Part shown: positions 46,102 through 59,900 of the stretch, one piece after another
Layout: every line of letters starts with the position of its first letter
Position numbering within the stretch: the first letter of the stretch is position 1
NCBI RefSeq assembly: GCF_964204645.1
Contig: NC_134025.1
Location: forward strand, 15,659,001-15,723,000
Length of the DNA stretch: 64,000 nt
Source: Tubulanus polymorphus
Lineage: Eukaryota; Animalia; Nemertea
Direction of reading: 5' to 3'
Notes under the pieces: model-generated
The model's database searches: none
Told to the model about the DNA's origin: nothing
Seen by the model: only the letters and a program-made list of their open reading frames with translations
Translations under genes and position numbers: made by a program

Positions 46102-48282
46102 TCAATCTAATCTATCAAGATCTATCCTATAAACAAACAGATCCCACGGTATGCCTACTGTATCCTCCACAAAACCTTTTTTAGTCGGATATTGCAAAAC
46201 ACCCACATCTCCCTTTTTGCCAAGCAGGCGACGTTTGGATGCACGAGAGGTTACCAAAGGCCACCAGAATGGCCTCGGAAAGATTTCTGGAATGACGATA
46301 GATGCTTCTTTGACTGCGTCTGCCAAGAATCGTAAAACCGCCGGTATCTTAGAAATTGGCGGAAACACATATGGATTAACCTCGTCGCATAGATTTTGTG
46401 CGAACAGATCTACACCACTAGAATCAGTAGATGGCGTTGGCGTAAAATGTCGTAGTGGAGAGCCTGACAAATCTACCATTACGTTCGAATCAAGGGCCAT
46501 CAAATCAACCGAGTGTCCGTTTTCACCCCCATATTCACGTTGCACGAGCTGCCATATACGCGGAGATAACATACATTCCGATTTTCGCAAAATTCGCGAG
46601 GGAGCGTCTGCTAGATTCTCTTTTGACGGTACATAATGCAATTTCAACAACACATTTTGTTCTGCTGTTAGTTCAAACAAAAGCTTAATTGCTTCTGACA
46701 GATCATGTGATTTGGAACCTTCATCAACCCATGCCGCAATCATAGTTTTATTATCTACAAAAGCGTCTACTCTACTGTCTCTAATTTTATCAGAAACCAC
46801 CATTAAAACGTTTTTAAGTGCCAGGGTTTCCTTTATTACAATGGGTTTTTGTACCAGCTCCTGTGGCCAATAATCGGAGGGCTCAAACCTCTGCTCACCA
46901 ATCGTGACTATCCCACCCCATCTATAAGAGGATGCGTCCGTATACATCTGAATTCTGACATGCCACTCTTGGCGCCACCTTACCACCCTTGGCAAACATT
47001 CAATTATCTTCCAGTACTCTATCTCAGTTCTGAGATTGCCCTCAACCCTAATGAGTCTCGAGTTTCTGAATGCCTTAGAAATAGCTAAGTTTGACTCCCT
47101 TGTATAAAGCTTCGCAGCTGGTACAACCAACGAGAAGGATATGATCTTACCCACAAACCGCTGAATCGTTTTAATGTTAACGAATTCGGACGATAAAATA
47201 TTGTCCCTTAAAATGGCAAATTTTACCACCTTATCATTTGGGATCTCAAAACGTTCCTCTATAGTGTTAACAAATAAGCCTAAATGCTTTAATAACTGAC
47301 ACGGTTCCAGGACGCATTTATGGAGGCCTAGAAAATACCCTAGTCTTGTTAAAACTTGGGCCGTCATATATAGAGCTAACCTAGCCTTTGTGATGGATTC
47401 TAAACCCCTAGCCGAGGAACTTAAAAGCTCCCCATTTAAACGGTCATCAATGTATTGAGTTATCTGTACTCCTAGGTCTCGAAGGTAACCCGTTGCAACC
47501 AAGCCAGTTTTCTGGTATATATAGGCCGAGGCCTTAAAACCAAAAGGAATAACGGTGTAAACGTAATACCAACCTTTCCAGCTGATTCCCAAATACACCT
47601 CACTTCCCGGTGTTACCCTGATGTGGTCGTAACCACTTTTATCATCGACAGAGGTCATAAACGCGCTTTTATGTAGCATGCGAGGTACGTTTACCAAAGT
47701 TTCCAAATGGAAAGGCGAGTCCCGAATCCATAGATTTAGAAATCGTTCGTCGTGGCACATTCTGGGTTTCGTGGGTTCAACCGTCAAGGGCATAACTAAA
47801 TGCGGGGGTGGATCGACCCCAACCTTTCCCCAGACCTTGAGTGATCCATTAGCCACCCGACCTTTTAATGTTGTAGAAATGAAATCTTCAAATTGTTCGC
47901 AGTTTCCAGAATTCGGGAACACCGTTTTTGGGGGCGCATCCCAATCATACGTCTTGCCTTTAAACTGACCCTTAAACCTCTTAAAGAAATCTGGGATATG
48001 AACACCATCTCGCACCCAAGATAATATCGTGTCTGACAACGGATCCTCTGACTGCCGTAGAATAAATTCCCATTCCTCCAGATGGCGACTCAGTTCACCT
48101 GCGACGAAATTCTCCGGGTCCCTGAGGGGCAGGTCAAAAATTGTCAAATTGTTATACTTGTCCGCCGATTTCGAAACGGTCTCGGCTGAGACGACCTCAG
48201 GCAACGGTAACTGGACGGATGAACCTCTAGCACCAACCCAAAACACGTCTTTACACACAGGTATCTTCAACGGAACAAAATC
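46102..48282 (-). CDS. pol: RT + RNase H + DNA adenine methyltransferase-like domain
   Basis: DDKSGYDH, PFG...S, QYIDD, HLG (RT); YTDAS..RWGG, ETLA, VDN, NLADAPSR (RH); VDLMA...DLFAQN...YVFPP (DIRS MT domain). Open for 727 codons after a splice acceptor. Confidence 0.93.
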   Translation of the reverse strand, partial: DFVPLKIPVCKDVFWVGARGSSVQLPLPEVVSAETVSKSADKYNNLTIFDLPLRDPENFVAGELSRHLEEWEFILRQSEDPLSDTILSWVRDGVHIPDFFKRFKGQFKGKTYDWDAPPKTVFPNSGNCEQFEDFISTTLKGRVANGSLKVWGKVGVDPPPHLVMPLTVEPTKPRMCHDERFLNLWIRDSPFHLETLVNVPRMLHKSAFMTSVDDKSGYDHIRVTPGSEVYLGISWKGWYYVYTVIPFGFKASAYIYQKTGLVATGYLRDLGVQITQYIDDRLNGELLSSSARGLESITKARLALYMTAQVLTRLGYFLGLHKCVLEPCQLLKHLGLFVNTIEERFEIPNDKVVKFAILRDNILSSEFVNIKTIQRFVGKIISFSLVVPAAKLYTRESNLAISKAFRNSRLIRVEGNLRTEIEYWKIIECLPRVVRWRQEWHVRIQMYTDASSYRWGGIVTIGEQRFEPSDYWPQELVQKPIVIKETLALKNVLMVVSDKIRDSRVDAFVDNKTMIAAWVDEGSKSHDLSEAIKLLFELTAEQNVLLKLHYVPSKENLADAPSRILRKSECMLSPRIWQLVQREYGGENGHSVDLMALDSNVMVDLSGSPLRHFTPTPSTDSSGVDLFAQNLCDEVNPYVFPPISKIPAVLRFLADAVKEASIVIPEIFPRPFWWPLVTSRASKRRLLGKKGDVGVLQYPTKKGFVEDTVGIPWDLFVYRIDLDRLD

Positions 48283-48528
48283 CTGAAAAGACACTAAGGT
48301 CCATCAGTCCAGCCCCGTTGCCAGCACGACATAAGCCGTGACAACAGACTTAGATAGCCTGTGACAACAAAGCCAACCGACCACAAACAACCGATAACAA
48401 AATGAATTATCCAACATATGATCAATTTAATGGAGAGAAAATAACCTTGTTTAACATCTTTAACAACACAATATAACGTTACGTATCATCCAAAACTAAA
48501 TTCAATCTAACTCTAAGTTCTAACTCAT

Positions 48529-49069
48529 TTAGACAACCTCACTTTCAGTCTTCGTTACCACTTGTGGTTGCTTATTCTCAGGACAGTCGCGAACAAAATG
48601 ACCCTTTGCGGCATAAGAAACAATTCCCCCTGGAACTTCTCCCTGCTCTCCTTGTACCGTAACCTCGGCGCCCAACATATCCCCTGCCTACACCCGACCC
48701 ACCCCAATAGCCGTAAGTTGGGTAATAATTGTTTGTGTGCGGCTTTTTAGCCCATTTTGCCTCCACTGATGCCACTTTTTCATCATCCGGGGAGCCAATC
48801 AAACGCCTACACAAAGCAGGTAAGTCTGGAGAATCGATATTTCTCTTGATACTTTTCAGCACAGAATCAAAATACCCTTTTTTCGGATCTGTGGTTTCAG
48901 CTTCCACCTCTACCAAGCCTTCCATACAACCGAGAAGGAAGTATGGATCAAAGAAAGAGCCCGGCCTTTGAAGCGCTGCCCTCACCTGCATCAGAGCGCT
49001 CTCTACTGAACGAGCTGGATGTGTAACCTTCTTCTCGAGTTCCTCCAGACGCTTTAACAATTTTTTGTC
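48529..49069 (-). CDS. Gag-like exon with RG-rich segment and a frameshift-damaged CCHC knuckle
   Basis: Acceptor tttcag|GAC at 49070; GGSGVGRGYVGRRG; CFLCRK then GHFVRDC in a shifted frame. Confidence 0.65.
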
Positions 49070-49543
49070 CTGAAACACACGAGATAAATACAAATATAGA
49101 CTAATCAGCATGACTTCGCAGTAAATAGTTTAAAAGATCGCCATGATTTCGGTTGACGAACAATCTATAGTCAATCTATCATCCTAAATGTTTCATGCTT
49201 CTCCTTCATACCATTACCTACATCTTAATGGGTTATCTTTACATTCCATCTTGCGTCTTACATTTTCAGAAGCTGTCTTTTAAAAAACCTAATCTCTATA
49301 AACTTTCTCCTCCAGTAAAGGAAACGAAAAATCCTCTAACTTAACCAAAACAGATCCCCATTCTGTACCCACTAAATCCTGGTATGTGCAAGGCCCAGAG
49401 CAATAAACCTTAAACGCACAGAGCTACACATGTTTTAAACAAATGTCTATTAATTTCCCAATAAATCTACCCAGTCCAGGCCTACCGACCAAACCCGGGG
49501 GCTACAAATACAGATATAAAACTGAGAAAATAAAAACACTCAC

Positions 49544-49936
49544 CGGTTCAGAAACCCCATCTGGGGTTACCGCATCACTCTCCGCACCGACCGTGCTTGT
49601 ACTAGGTGCGGGCACAGACTTCCTTTTCTTTGGTACCTGAGGGAGCTTGTTCGCGTTCTCGTTAGCAAAAATTATCAAGTGGTGCGCTAGCAGCGGACCT
49701 TCCGTCTCCTCCCAGTCCACCAGCGTTAACAGATCATTCATCTTTTTACCAGTCAGAGAAAATACCGCATCATTTACATACTTCCTCGGTGCCGCTTCTA
49801 GTGGCTTAAGCCTTTCGAACCTAGCGAAGGCTGTAGGCCGATCTACGTTCAAATCTAACCCTCTTAATTTCAATAACATGGGGATGATGTCCACCGTTTT
49901 CAAACCGTCTGACGATTTTAAAACCACCGGTTCCAT
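49544..49936 (-). CDS. Leader coding exon (131 aa) of the YR element
   Basis: Acceptor tttcag at 49939, ATG at 49936, ends CCG|GTGAGT donor in phase 0; contains PKKRK (NLS-like). Confidence 0.6.
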
Positions 49937-50629
49937 CTCTGAAACAGATAAGCGAAAAGAACATCAAAATTACTACCGCCTCGTACCAGGAATAAAATTT
50001 AAAAGTATTAGCAAACTGATCCTAACAACCGTCGACAAAGTTTAACCAAATATATACATGTGACCAGACCAGAAAAACGTTAAATTTTCGGCCACATGCC
50101 GTAATTTTTTCCCTAGCCACCATCTTAAATTAAACAAGAACTAATACGACAGTAATACACTAATAAAAACTCACCTTAACTCATCTGTACGATAGACAGT
50201 CAAACAAGTCTAATAATACCACCGAGCTCCAAAACTGTCCTCAAATCTGAAAAGCGATTTGACTAACAGGACTTGATGCTAACCCAACACTACCGCTAAC
50301 TACAAAACGAGACCAAGGACCAGGTAAAACGTCACCAGATTGCCTTTACACGCCCAGTAAGATTAAACCGAATTTTGAAAAGCCAATGAAATCCCACAAA
50401 AGAATTCCAAATCCAGACCTTGGAAATGCGCCTATGAATGAAATAAATCTAGCAAAATGCACGCACTGTGACTTACAGTATTTACCCACGTCCCAATAAA
50501 GGCAAAAGCAATCACGCATGTAGCACTGTAACCTAAATGTCATTGACGGTCAAAATGTACCAAAGTACCCTAGTACTTCTAACCTGACCGAGAATTTTGC
50601 CTCAATAAAATCACTATCAATCCATCTCC

Positions 50630-50970
50630 CGTGCTTCATCCAAAATACTGCACTTATCCCAGAAAATCTAAAAGACCATCTGCCCGTGCTTTAAACCCAA
50701 AATCACGGTACAGTATAACCCAAAACATCAAAATCAGTGTTTCATCCGAAATGACTGCACCAAAATTAACAAACCTAGTGCTTCATCCTAAATGACTGCA
50801 CTAAAACTAACAAAACCAGTGTTTCATCCGAAATGACTGCACCAAAAATAAATAAAAACCAGTGTTTCATCCGAAATGACTACACTAAAATCAATAAACT
50901 CCAGTGTTTCATTCAAAATGACTGCACTAAAACTAATAAACCCAGTGTTTCATCCAAGATGACTACACCA
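50630..50970. repeat. ~41-bp tandem repeat in the 5' leader of the YR element
   Basis: CAGTGTTTCATCCGAAATGACTGCACYAAAA... repeated about six times at 50735-50970, with degenerate copies upstream. Confidence 0.85.
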
Positions 50971-53900
50971 AAGTCTCCAAACCAGGCAAAAGGGGACCAA
51001 AACTAAAGAGGAAACCACAAACAAAGTTCCAAAGAAAAATACAAAATGCTACCGGAAAGGAACCACAGAAAATCGGCAAACGCAGGAGACAAAACTCACC
51101 ACAAAACAGCTGACCACACACGTCCGATAGCTTCGAAAGCAAACTAAGAAGTGACCGCGTCACTAGTGTCACATGATCAGTGTGGATAGGTTGAATATTT
51201 GATACGAAAAACGTCTTTACTCGCGCTGAACGACGTTTTCGCGTCGGAAAGTGCTTTTCCTGGCGATTTGAGCGCTTTTACCCATCGACATTGTCGTTTT
51301 TCCGATAGTGGGAATATTTGATACGAAAACTTCTTTTCTCGCGCTGAACGACGTTTTCGCGTCGAAAAGTGCTTTTCCTGACGATTTGAGCGCTTTTACG
51401 CATCGACATTGTCGTTTTTTCCGATAGGGGGAATATTTGATACGAAAACGTCTTTTCTCGCGCTGAACGACGTTTTCACGTCGGAAAGTGCTTTTCCTGG
51501 CGATTTGAGCGCTTTTACCCATCGACATTGTCGTTTTTCCGATAGGGGGAATATTTGATACGAAAACGTCTTTTCTCGCGCTGAACGAGGTTTTCGCGTC
51601 GGAAAGTGCTTTTCCTGGCGATTTGAGCGCTTTTACCCATCGACATTGTCGTTTTTCCGATAGGGGGAATATTTGACACGAAAACGTCTTTTCTCGCGCT
51701 GAACGACGTTTACGGGTCGAAAAGTGCTTTTCCTGACGATTTGAGCGCTTTTACGCATCGACATTTTCGTTTTTCCGATAGGGGGAATATTTGATACGAA
51801 AACGTCTTTTCTAGCACTAAACGACGTTTTCGGGTCGAAACGTGAGCCCTTTTACGCATCGGCATTTTCGTTTTTCCGATAGAGGGAATATTTGATACGA
51901 AAACGTCTTTTCTCGCGCTGAACGACGTTTTCGCGTCGAAAAGTGCTTTTCCTGACGATTTGAGCGCTTTTACGCATCGACATTGTCGTTTTTCCGATAG
52001 GGGGAATATTTGATACGAAAACGTCTTTTCTCGCGCTGAACGACGTTTTCGCGTCGAAAAGTGCTTTTCCTGACGATTTGAGCGCTTTTACGCATCGACA
52101 TTGTCGTTTTTCCGATAAGGGGAATATTCGATACGAAAACGTCTTTTCTCGCGCTGAACGAGGTTTTCGGGTCGAAAAGTGCTTTTCCGAAAGATTTGAG
52201 CCCTTTTACGCATCGACATTTTCGTTTTTCCGATAGAGGGAATATTTGATACGAAAACGACTTTTCTCGCGCTGAACGAGGTTTTCGCGTCGAAAAGTGC
52301 TTTTCCGAAAGATTTGAGCCCTTCTACGCATCGACATTTTCCTTTTTTCCGATAGGGGGAATATTTGATACGAGAACGTCTTTTCTCGCTCTAAACGACG
52401 TTTTCGGGTCGAAAAGTGCTCTTCCTGACGATTTGAGCCCTTTTACGCATCGACAATTTCGCTTTTTCCGATAGAGGGAATATTTGATACGAAAACGTCT
52501 TTTCTCGCGCTGAACGACGTTTTCGCGTCGAAAAGTGCTTTTCCTGACGATTTGAGCGCTTTTACGCATCGACATTGTCGTTTTTCCGATAGGGGGAATA
52601 TTTGATACGAAAACGTCTTTTCTCGCGCTGAACGACGTTTTCGCGTCGAAAAGTGCTTTTCCTGACGATTTGAGCGCTTTTACGCATCGACATTTTCGTT
52701 TTTCCGATAGGGGGAATATTTGATACGAAAACGTCTTTTCTCGCGCTCAACGACGTTTTCGCGTCGAAAAGTGCTTTTCCTGACGATTTGAGCGCTTTTA
52801 CGCATCGACATTGTCGTTTTTCCGATAGGGGGAATATTTGATACGAAAACGTCTTTTCTCGCGCTCAACGACGTTTTCGGGTCGAAAAGTGCTTTTCCTG
52901 ACGATTTGAGCGCTTTTTACGCATCGACATTGTCGTTTTTCCGATAGGGGGAATGTTCGATACGAAAACGTCTTTTCTCGCGCTGAACGAGGTTTTCGGG
53001 TCGAAAAGTGCTTTTCTGAAAGATTTGAGCCCTTTTACGCATCGACATTTTCGTTTTTCCGATAGAGGAAATATTTGATACGAAAACGACTTTTCTCGCG
53101 CTGAACGACGTTTTCGCGTCGAAAAGTGCTTTTCCTGACGATTTGAGCGCTTTTACGCATCGTCGTTTTTCCGATAGGTTGAATATTTGATACGAAAAAC
53201 GTCTTTACTCGCGCAGAACGACGTTTTCGCGTCGAAAAGTGCTTTTCCTGACGATTTGAGCGCTTTTACGCATCGTCGTTTTTCCGATAGGTTGAATATT
53301 TGATACGAAAAACGTCTTTACTCGCGCTGAACGACGTTTTCGCGTCGGAAAGTGCTTTTCCTGGCGATTTGAGCGCTTTTACCCATCGACATTGTCGTTT
53401 TTCCGATAGTGGGAATATTTGATACGAAAACTTCTTTTCTCGCGCTGAACGATGTTTTCGCGTCGAAAAGTGCTTTTCCTGACGATTTGAGCGCTTTTAC
53501 GCATCGACATTGTCGTTTTTTCCGATAGGGGAATATTTGATACGAAAACGTCTTTTCTCGCGCTGAACGACGTTATCGCGTCGGAAAGTGCTTTTCCTGG
53601 CGATTTGAGCGCTTTTACCCATCGACATTGTCGTTTTTCCGATAGGGGGAATATTTGCCACGAAAACGTCTTTTCTCGCGCTGAACGATGTTTTCGCGTC
53701 GAAAAGTGCTATTCCTGACGACTTGAGCGCTTTTACGCATCGACATTTTCGTTTTTCCGATAGGGGGAATATTTGATACGAAAACGTCTTTTCTAGCACT
53801 AAACGACGTTTTCGGGTCGAAACGTGAGCCCTTTTACGCATCGGCATTTTCGTTTTTCCGATAGAGGGAATATTTGATACGAAAACATCTTTTCTCGCGC

Positions 53901-56900
53901 TGAACGACGTTTTCGCGTCGAAAAGTGCTTTTCCTGACGATTTGAGCGCTTTTACGCATCGACAATGTCGTTTTTCCGATAGGGGGAATATTTGATACGA
54001 AAACGTCTTTTCTCGCGCTCAACGACGTTTTCGCGTCGAAAAGTGCTTTTCCTGACGATTTGAGCGCTTTTTACGCATCGACATTGTCGTTTTTCCGATA
54101 GGGGGAATATTCGATACGAAAACGTCTTTTTTCGCGCTGAACGAGGTTTTCGGGTCGAAAAGTGCTTTTCTGAAAGATTTGAGCCCTTTTACGCATCGAC
54201 ATTTTCGTTTTTCCGATAGAGGAAATATTTGATACGAAAACGACTTTTCTCGCGCTGAACGACGTTTTCGCGTCGAAAAGTGCTTTTCCTGACGATTTGA
54301 GCGCTTTTACGCATCGTCGTTTTTCCGATAGGTTGAATATTTGATACGAAAAACGTCTTTACTCGCGCAGAACGACGTTTTCGCGTCGAAAAGTGCTTTT
54401 GCTGACGATTTGAGCGCTTTTGCGCATCGACATTTTCGTTTTTCCGATAGAGGGAATATTTGATACGGAAACGACTTTTCTAGCACTAAACGACGTTTTC
54501 GGGTCGAAACGTGAGCCCTTTTACGCATCGGCATTTTCGTTTTTCCGATAGAGGGAATATTTGATACGAAAACATCTTTTCTCGCGCTGAACGACGTTTT
54601 CGCGTCGAAAAGTGCTTTTCCTGACGATTTGAGCGCTTTTACGCATCGACAATGTCGTTTTTCCGATAGGGGGAATATTTGATACGAAAACGTCTTTTCT
54701 CGCGCTGAACGACGTTTTCGCGTCGAAAAGTGCTTTTCCTGACGATTTGAGCGCTTTTACGCATCGACATTGTCGTTTTTCCGATAGGGGGAATATTTGA
54801 TACGAAAACGTCATTTCTCGCGCTCAATGACATTTTCGCGTCGAAAAGTGCTTTTCCTGACGATTTGAGCGCTTTTACGGATCGACATTGTCGTTTTTCC
54901 GATAAGGGGAATATTCGATACGAAAACGTCTTTTTTTGCTCGCGCTGAACGAGGTTTTCGGGTCGAAAAGTGCTTTTCCGAAAGATTTGAGCCCTTTTAC
55001 GCATCGACATTTTCGTTTTTCCGATAGAGGGAATATTTGCCACGAAAACGACTTTTCTCGCGCTGAACGACGTTTTCGCGTCGAAAAGTGCTTTTCCTGA
55101 CGATGTGAGCGCTTTTACGCATCGACATCGTCGTTTTTCCGATAGGTTGAATATTTGAAACGAAAAACGTCTTTACTCGCGCAGAACGACGTTTTCGCGT
55201 CGAAAAGTGCTTTTCCTGACGATTTGAGCGCTTTTACGCATCGTCGTTTTTCCGATAGGTTGAATATTTGACACGAAAAACGTCTTTACTCGCGCAGAAC
55301 GACGTTTTCGCGTCGAAAAGTGCTTTTGCTGACGATTTGAGCGCTTTTGCGCATCGACATTTTCGTTTTTCCGATAGAGGGAATATTTGATACGGAAACG
55401 ACTTTTCTCGCGCTGAACGACGTTTTCGCGTCGAAAAGTGCTTTTCCTGACGATTTGAGCGCTTTTACGCATCGTCGTTTTTCCGATAGGTTGAATATTT
55501 GATACGAAAAACGTCTTTACTCGCGCTGAACGACGTTTTCGCGTCGGAAAGTGCTTTTCCTGGCGATTTGAGCGCTTTTACCCATCGACATTGTCGTTTT
55601 TCCGATAGTGGGAATATTTGATACGAAAACTTCTTTTCTCGCGCTGAACGACGTTTTCGCGTCGAAAAGTGCTTTTCCTGACGATTTGAGCGCTTTTACG
55701 CATCGACATTGTCGTTTTTTCCGATAGGGGAATATTTGATACGAAAACGTCTTTTCTCGCGCTGAACGACGTTTTCGCGTCGGAAAGTGCTTTTCCTGGC
55801 GATTTGAGCGCTTTTACCCATCGACATTGTCGTTTTTCCGATAGAGGAAATATTTGATACGAAAACGACTTTTCTCGCGCTGAACGACGTTTTCGCGTCG
55901 AAAAGTGCTTTTCCTGACGATTTGAGCGCTTTTACGCATCGTCGTTTTTCCGATAGGTTGAATATTTGATACGAAAAACGTCTTTACTCGCGCAGAACGA
56001 CGTTTTCGCGTCGAAAAGTGCTTTTCCTGACGATTTGAGCGCTTTTACGCATCGTCGTTTTTCCGATAGGTTGAATATTTGATACGAAAAACGTCTTTAC
56101 TCGCGCTGAACGACGTTTTCGCGTCGGAAAGTGCTTTTCCTGGCGATTTGAGCGCTTTTACCCATCGACATTGTCGTTTTTCCGATAGTGGGAATATTTG
56201 ATACGAAAACTTCTTTTCTCGCGCTGAACGATGTTTTCGCGTCGAAAAGTGCTTTTCCTGACGATTTGAGCGCTTTTACGCATCGACATTGTCGTTTTTT
56301 CCGATAGGGGAATATTTGATACGAAAACGTCTTTTCTCGCGCTGAACGACGTTATCGCGTCGGAAAGTGCTTTTCCTGGCGATTTGAGCGCTTTTACCCA
56401 TCGACATTGTCGTTTTTCCGATAGGGGGAATATTTGCCACGAAAACGTCTTTTCTCGCGCTGAACGATGTTTTCGTGTCGAAAAGTGCTATTCCTGACGA
56501 CTTGAGCGCTTTTACGCATCGACATTTTCGTTTTTCCGATAGGGGGAATATTTGATACGAAAACGTCTTTTCTAGCACTAAACGACGTTTTCGGGTCGAA
56601 ACGTGAGCCCTTTTACGCATCGGCATTTTCGTTTTTCCGATAGAGGGAATATTTGATACGAAAACATCTTTTCTCGCGCTGAACGACGTTTTCGCGTCGA
56701 AAAGTGCTTTTCCTGACGATTTGAGCGCTTTTACGCATCGACAATGTCGTTTTTCCGATAGGGGGAATATTTGATACGAAAACGTCTTTTCTCGCGCTGA
56801 ACGACGTTTTCGCGTCGAAAAGTGCTTTTCCTGACGATTTGAGCGCTTTTACGCATCGACATTGTCGTTTTTCCGATAGGGGGAATATTTGATACGAAAA

Positions 56901-59900
56901 CGTCATTTCTCGCGCTCAATGACATTTTCGCGTCGAAAAGTGCTTTTCCTGACGATTTGAGCGCTTTTACGGATCGACATTGTCGTTTTTCCGATAAGGG
57001 GAATATTCGATACGAAAACGTCTTTTTTTGCTCGCGCTGAACGAGGTTTTCGGGTCGAAAAGTGCTTTTCCGAAAGATTTGAGCCCTTTTACGCATCGAC
57101 ATTTTCGTTTTTCCGATAGAGGAAATATTTGCCACGAAAACGACTTTTCTCGCGCTGAACGACGTTTTCGCGTCGAAAAGTGCTTTTCCTGACGATGTGA
57201 GCGCTTTTACGCATCGACATCGTCGTTTTTCCGATAGGTTGAATATTTGAAACGAAAAACGTCTTTACTCGCGCAGAACGACGTTTTCGCGTCGAAAAGT
57301 GCTTTTCCTGACGATTTGAGCGCTTTTACGCATCGAAATTTTCGTTTTTCCGATAGAGGGAATATTTGATACGAAAACGACTTTTCTCGCGCTGAACGAC
57401 GTTTTCGCGTCGAAAAGTGCTTTTCCGAAAGATTTGAGCCCTTCTACGCATCGACATTTTCCTTTTTTCCGATAGGGGGAATATTTGATACGAAAACGTC
57501 TTTTCTCGCGCTGAACGACGTTTTCGAGTCGAAAAGTGCTTTTCCTGACGATTTGAGCGCTTTTACGCATCGACATTGTCGTTTTTCCGATAGGGGGAAT
57601 ATTTGATACGAAAACGTCTTTTCTCGCGCTGAACGACGTTTTCGCGTCGAAAAGTGCTTTTCCTGACGATTTGAGCGCTTTTACGCATCGACATTGTCGT
57701 TTTTCCGATAGGGGGAATATTTGATACGAAAACGTCTTTTCTCGCGCTCAACGACGTTTTCGCGTCGAAAAGTGCTTTTCCTGACGATTTGAGCGCTTTT
57801 TACGCATCGACATTGTCGTTTTTCCGATAGGGGGAATATTCGATACGAAAACGTCTTTTTTCGCGCTGAACGAGGTTTTCGGGTCGAAAAGTGCTTTTCT
57901 GAAAGATTTGAGCCCTTTTACGCATCGACATTTTCGTTTTTCCGATAGAGGAAATATTTGATACGAAAACGACTTTTCTCGCGCTGAACGACGTTTTCGC
58001 GTCGAAAAGTGCTTTTCCTGACGATTTGAGCGCTTTTACGCATCGTCGTTTTTCCGATAGGTTGAATATTTGATACGAAAAACGTCTTTACTCGCGCAGA
58101 ACGACGTTTTCGCGTCGAAAAGTGCTTTTGCTGACGATTTGAGCGCTTTTGCGCATCGACATTTTCGTTTTTCCGATAGAGGGAATATTTGATACGGAAA
58201 CGACTTTTCTCGCGCTGAACGACGTTTTCGCGTCGAAAAGTGCTTTTCCTGACGATTTGAGCGCTTTTACGCATCGTCGTTTTTCCGATAGGTTGAATAT
58301 TTGATACGAAAAACGTCTTTACTCGCGCTGAACGACGTTTTCGCGTCGGAAAGTGCTTTTCCTGGCGATTTGAGCGCTTTTACCCATCGACATTGTCGTT
58401 TTTCCGATAGTGGGAATATTTGATACGAAAACTTCTTTTCTCGCGCTTAACGATGTTTTCGCGTCGAAAAGTGCTTTTCCTGACGATTTGAGCGCTTTTA
58501 CGCATCGACATTGTCGTTTTTTCCGATAGGGGAATATTTGATACGAAAACGTCTTTTCTCGCGCTGAACGACGTTTTCGCGTCGGAAAGTGTTTTTCCTG
58601 GCGATTTGAGCGCTTTTACCCATCGACATTGTCGTTTTTCCGATAGGGGGAATATTTGCCACGAAAACGTCTTTTCTCGCGCTGAACGATGTTTTCGCGT
58701 CGAAAAGTGCTATTCCTGACGACTTGAGCGCTTTTACGCATCGACATTTTCGTTTTTCCGATAGGGGGAATATTTGATACGAAAACGTCTTTTCTAGCAC
58801 TAAACGACGTTTTCGGGTCGAAACGTGAGCCCTTTTACGCATCGGCATTTTCGTTTTTCCGATAGAGGGAATATTTGATACGAAAACGTCTTTTCTCGCG
58901 CTGAACGACGTTTTCGCGTCGAAAAGTGCTTTTCCTGACGATTTGAGCGCTTTTACGCATCGACATTGTCGTTTTTCCGATAGGGGGAATATTTGATACG
59001 AAAACGTCTTTTCTCGCGCTGAACGACGTTTTCGCGTCGAAAAGTGCTTTTCCTGACGATTTGAGCGCTTTTACGCATCGACATTGTCGTTTTTCCGATA
59101 GGGGGAATATTTGATACGAAAACGTCTTTTCTCGCGCTCAATGACGTTTTCGCGTCGAAAAGTGCTTTTCCTGACGATTTGAGCGCTTTTACGGATCGAC
59201 ATTGTCGTTTTTCCGATAAGGGGAATATTCGATACGAAAACGTCTTTTTTTGCTCGCGCTGAACGAGGTTTTCGGGTCGAAAAGTGCTTTTCCGAAAGAT
59301 TTGAGCCCTTTTACGCATCGACATTTTCGTTTTTTCGATAGAGGGAATATTTGACACGAAAACGACTTTTCTCGCGCTGAACGACGTTTTCGCGTCGAAA
59401 AGTGCTTTTGCTGACGATTTGAGCGCTTTTGCGCATCGACATTTTCGTTTTTCCGATAGAGGGAATATTTGATACGGAAACGACTTTTCTCGCGCTGAAC
59501 GACGTTTTCGCGTCGAAAAGTGCTTTTCCTGACGATTTGAGCGCTTTTACGCATCGTCGTTTTTCCGATAGGTTGAATATTTGATACGAAAAACGTCTTT
59601 ACTCGCGCTGAACGACGTTTTCGCGTCGGAAAGTGCTTTTCCTGGCGATTTGAGCGCTTTTACCCATCGACATTGTCGTTTTTCCGATAGTGGGAATATT
59701 TGATACGAAAACTTCTTTTCTCGCGCTGAACGATGTTTTCGCGTCGAAAAGTGCTTTTCCTGACGATTTGAGCGCTTTTACGCATCGACATTGTCGTTTT
59801 TTCCGATAGGGGAATATTTGATACGAAAACGTCTTTTCTCGCGCTGAACGACGTTTTCGCGTGGGAAAGTGCTTTTCCTGGCGATTTGAGCGCTTTTACC

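Larger units (their letters stand above)
44059..51189 (-). mobile_element. Tyrosine-recombinase retrotransposon (DIRS/PAT/Ngaro-like) with split direct repeats, inserted in the satellite
   Basis: A repeat 51139-51189 = 44250-44300; B repeat 44301-44367 ~ 44059-44125 (A1-ORFs-B1A2-B2 on the minus strand); GATAG shared at both junctions; satellite monomer restored on removal. Confidence 0.93.
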
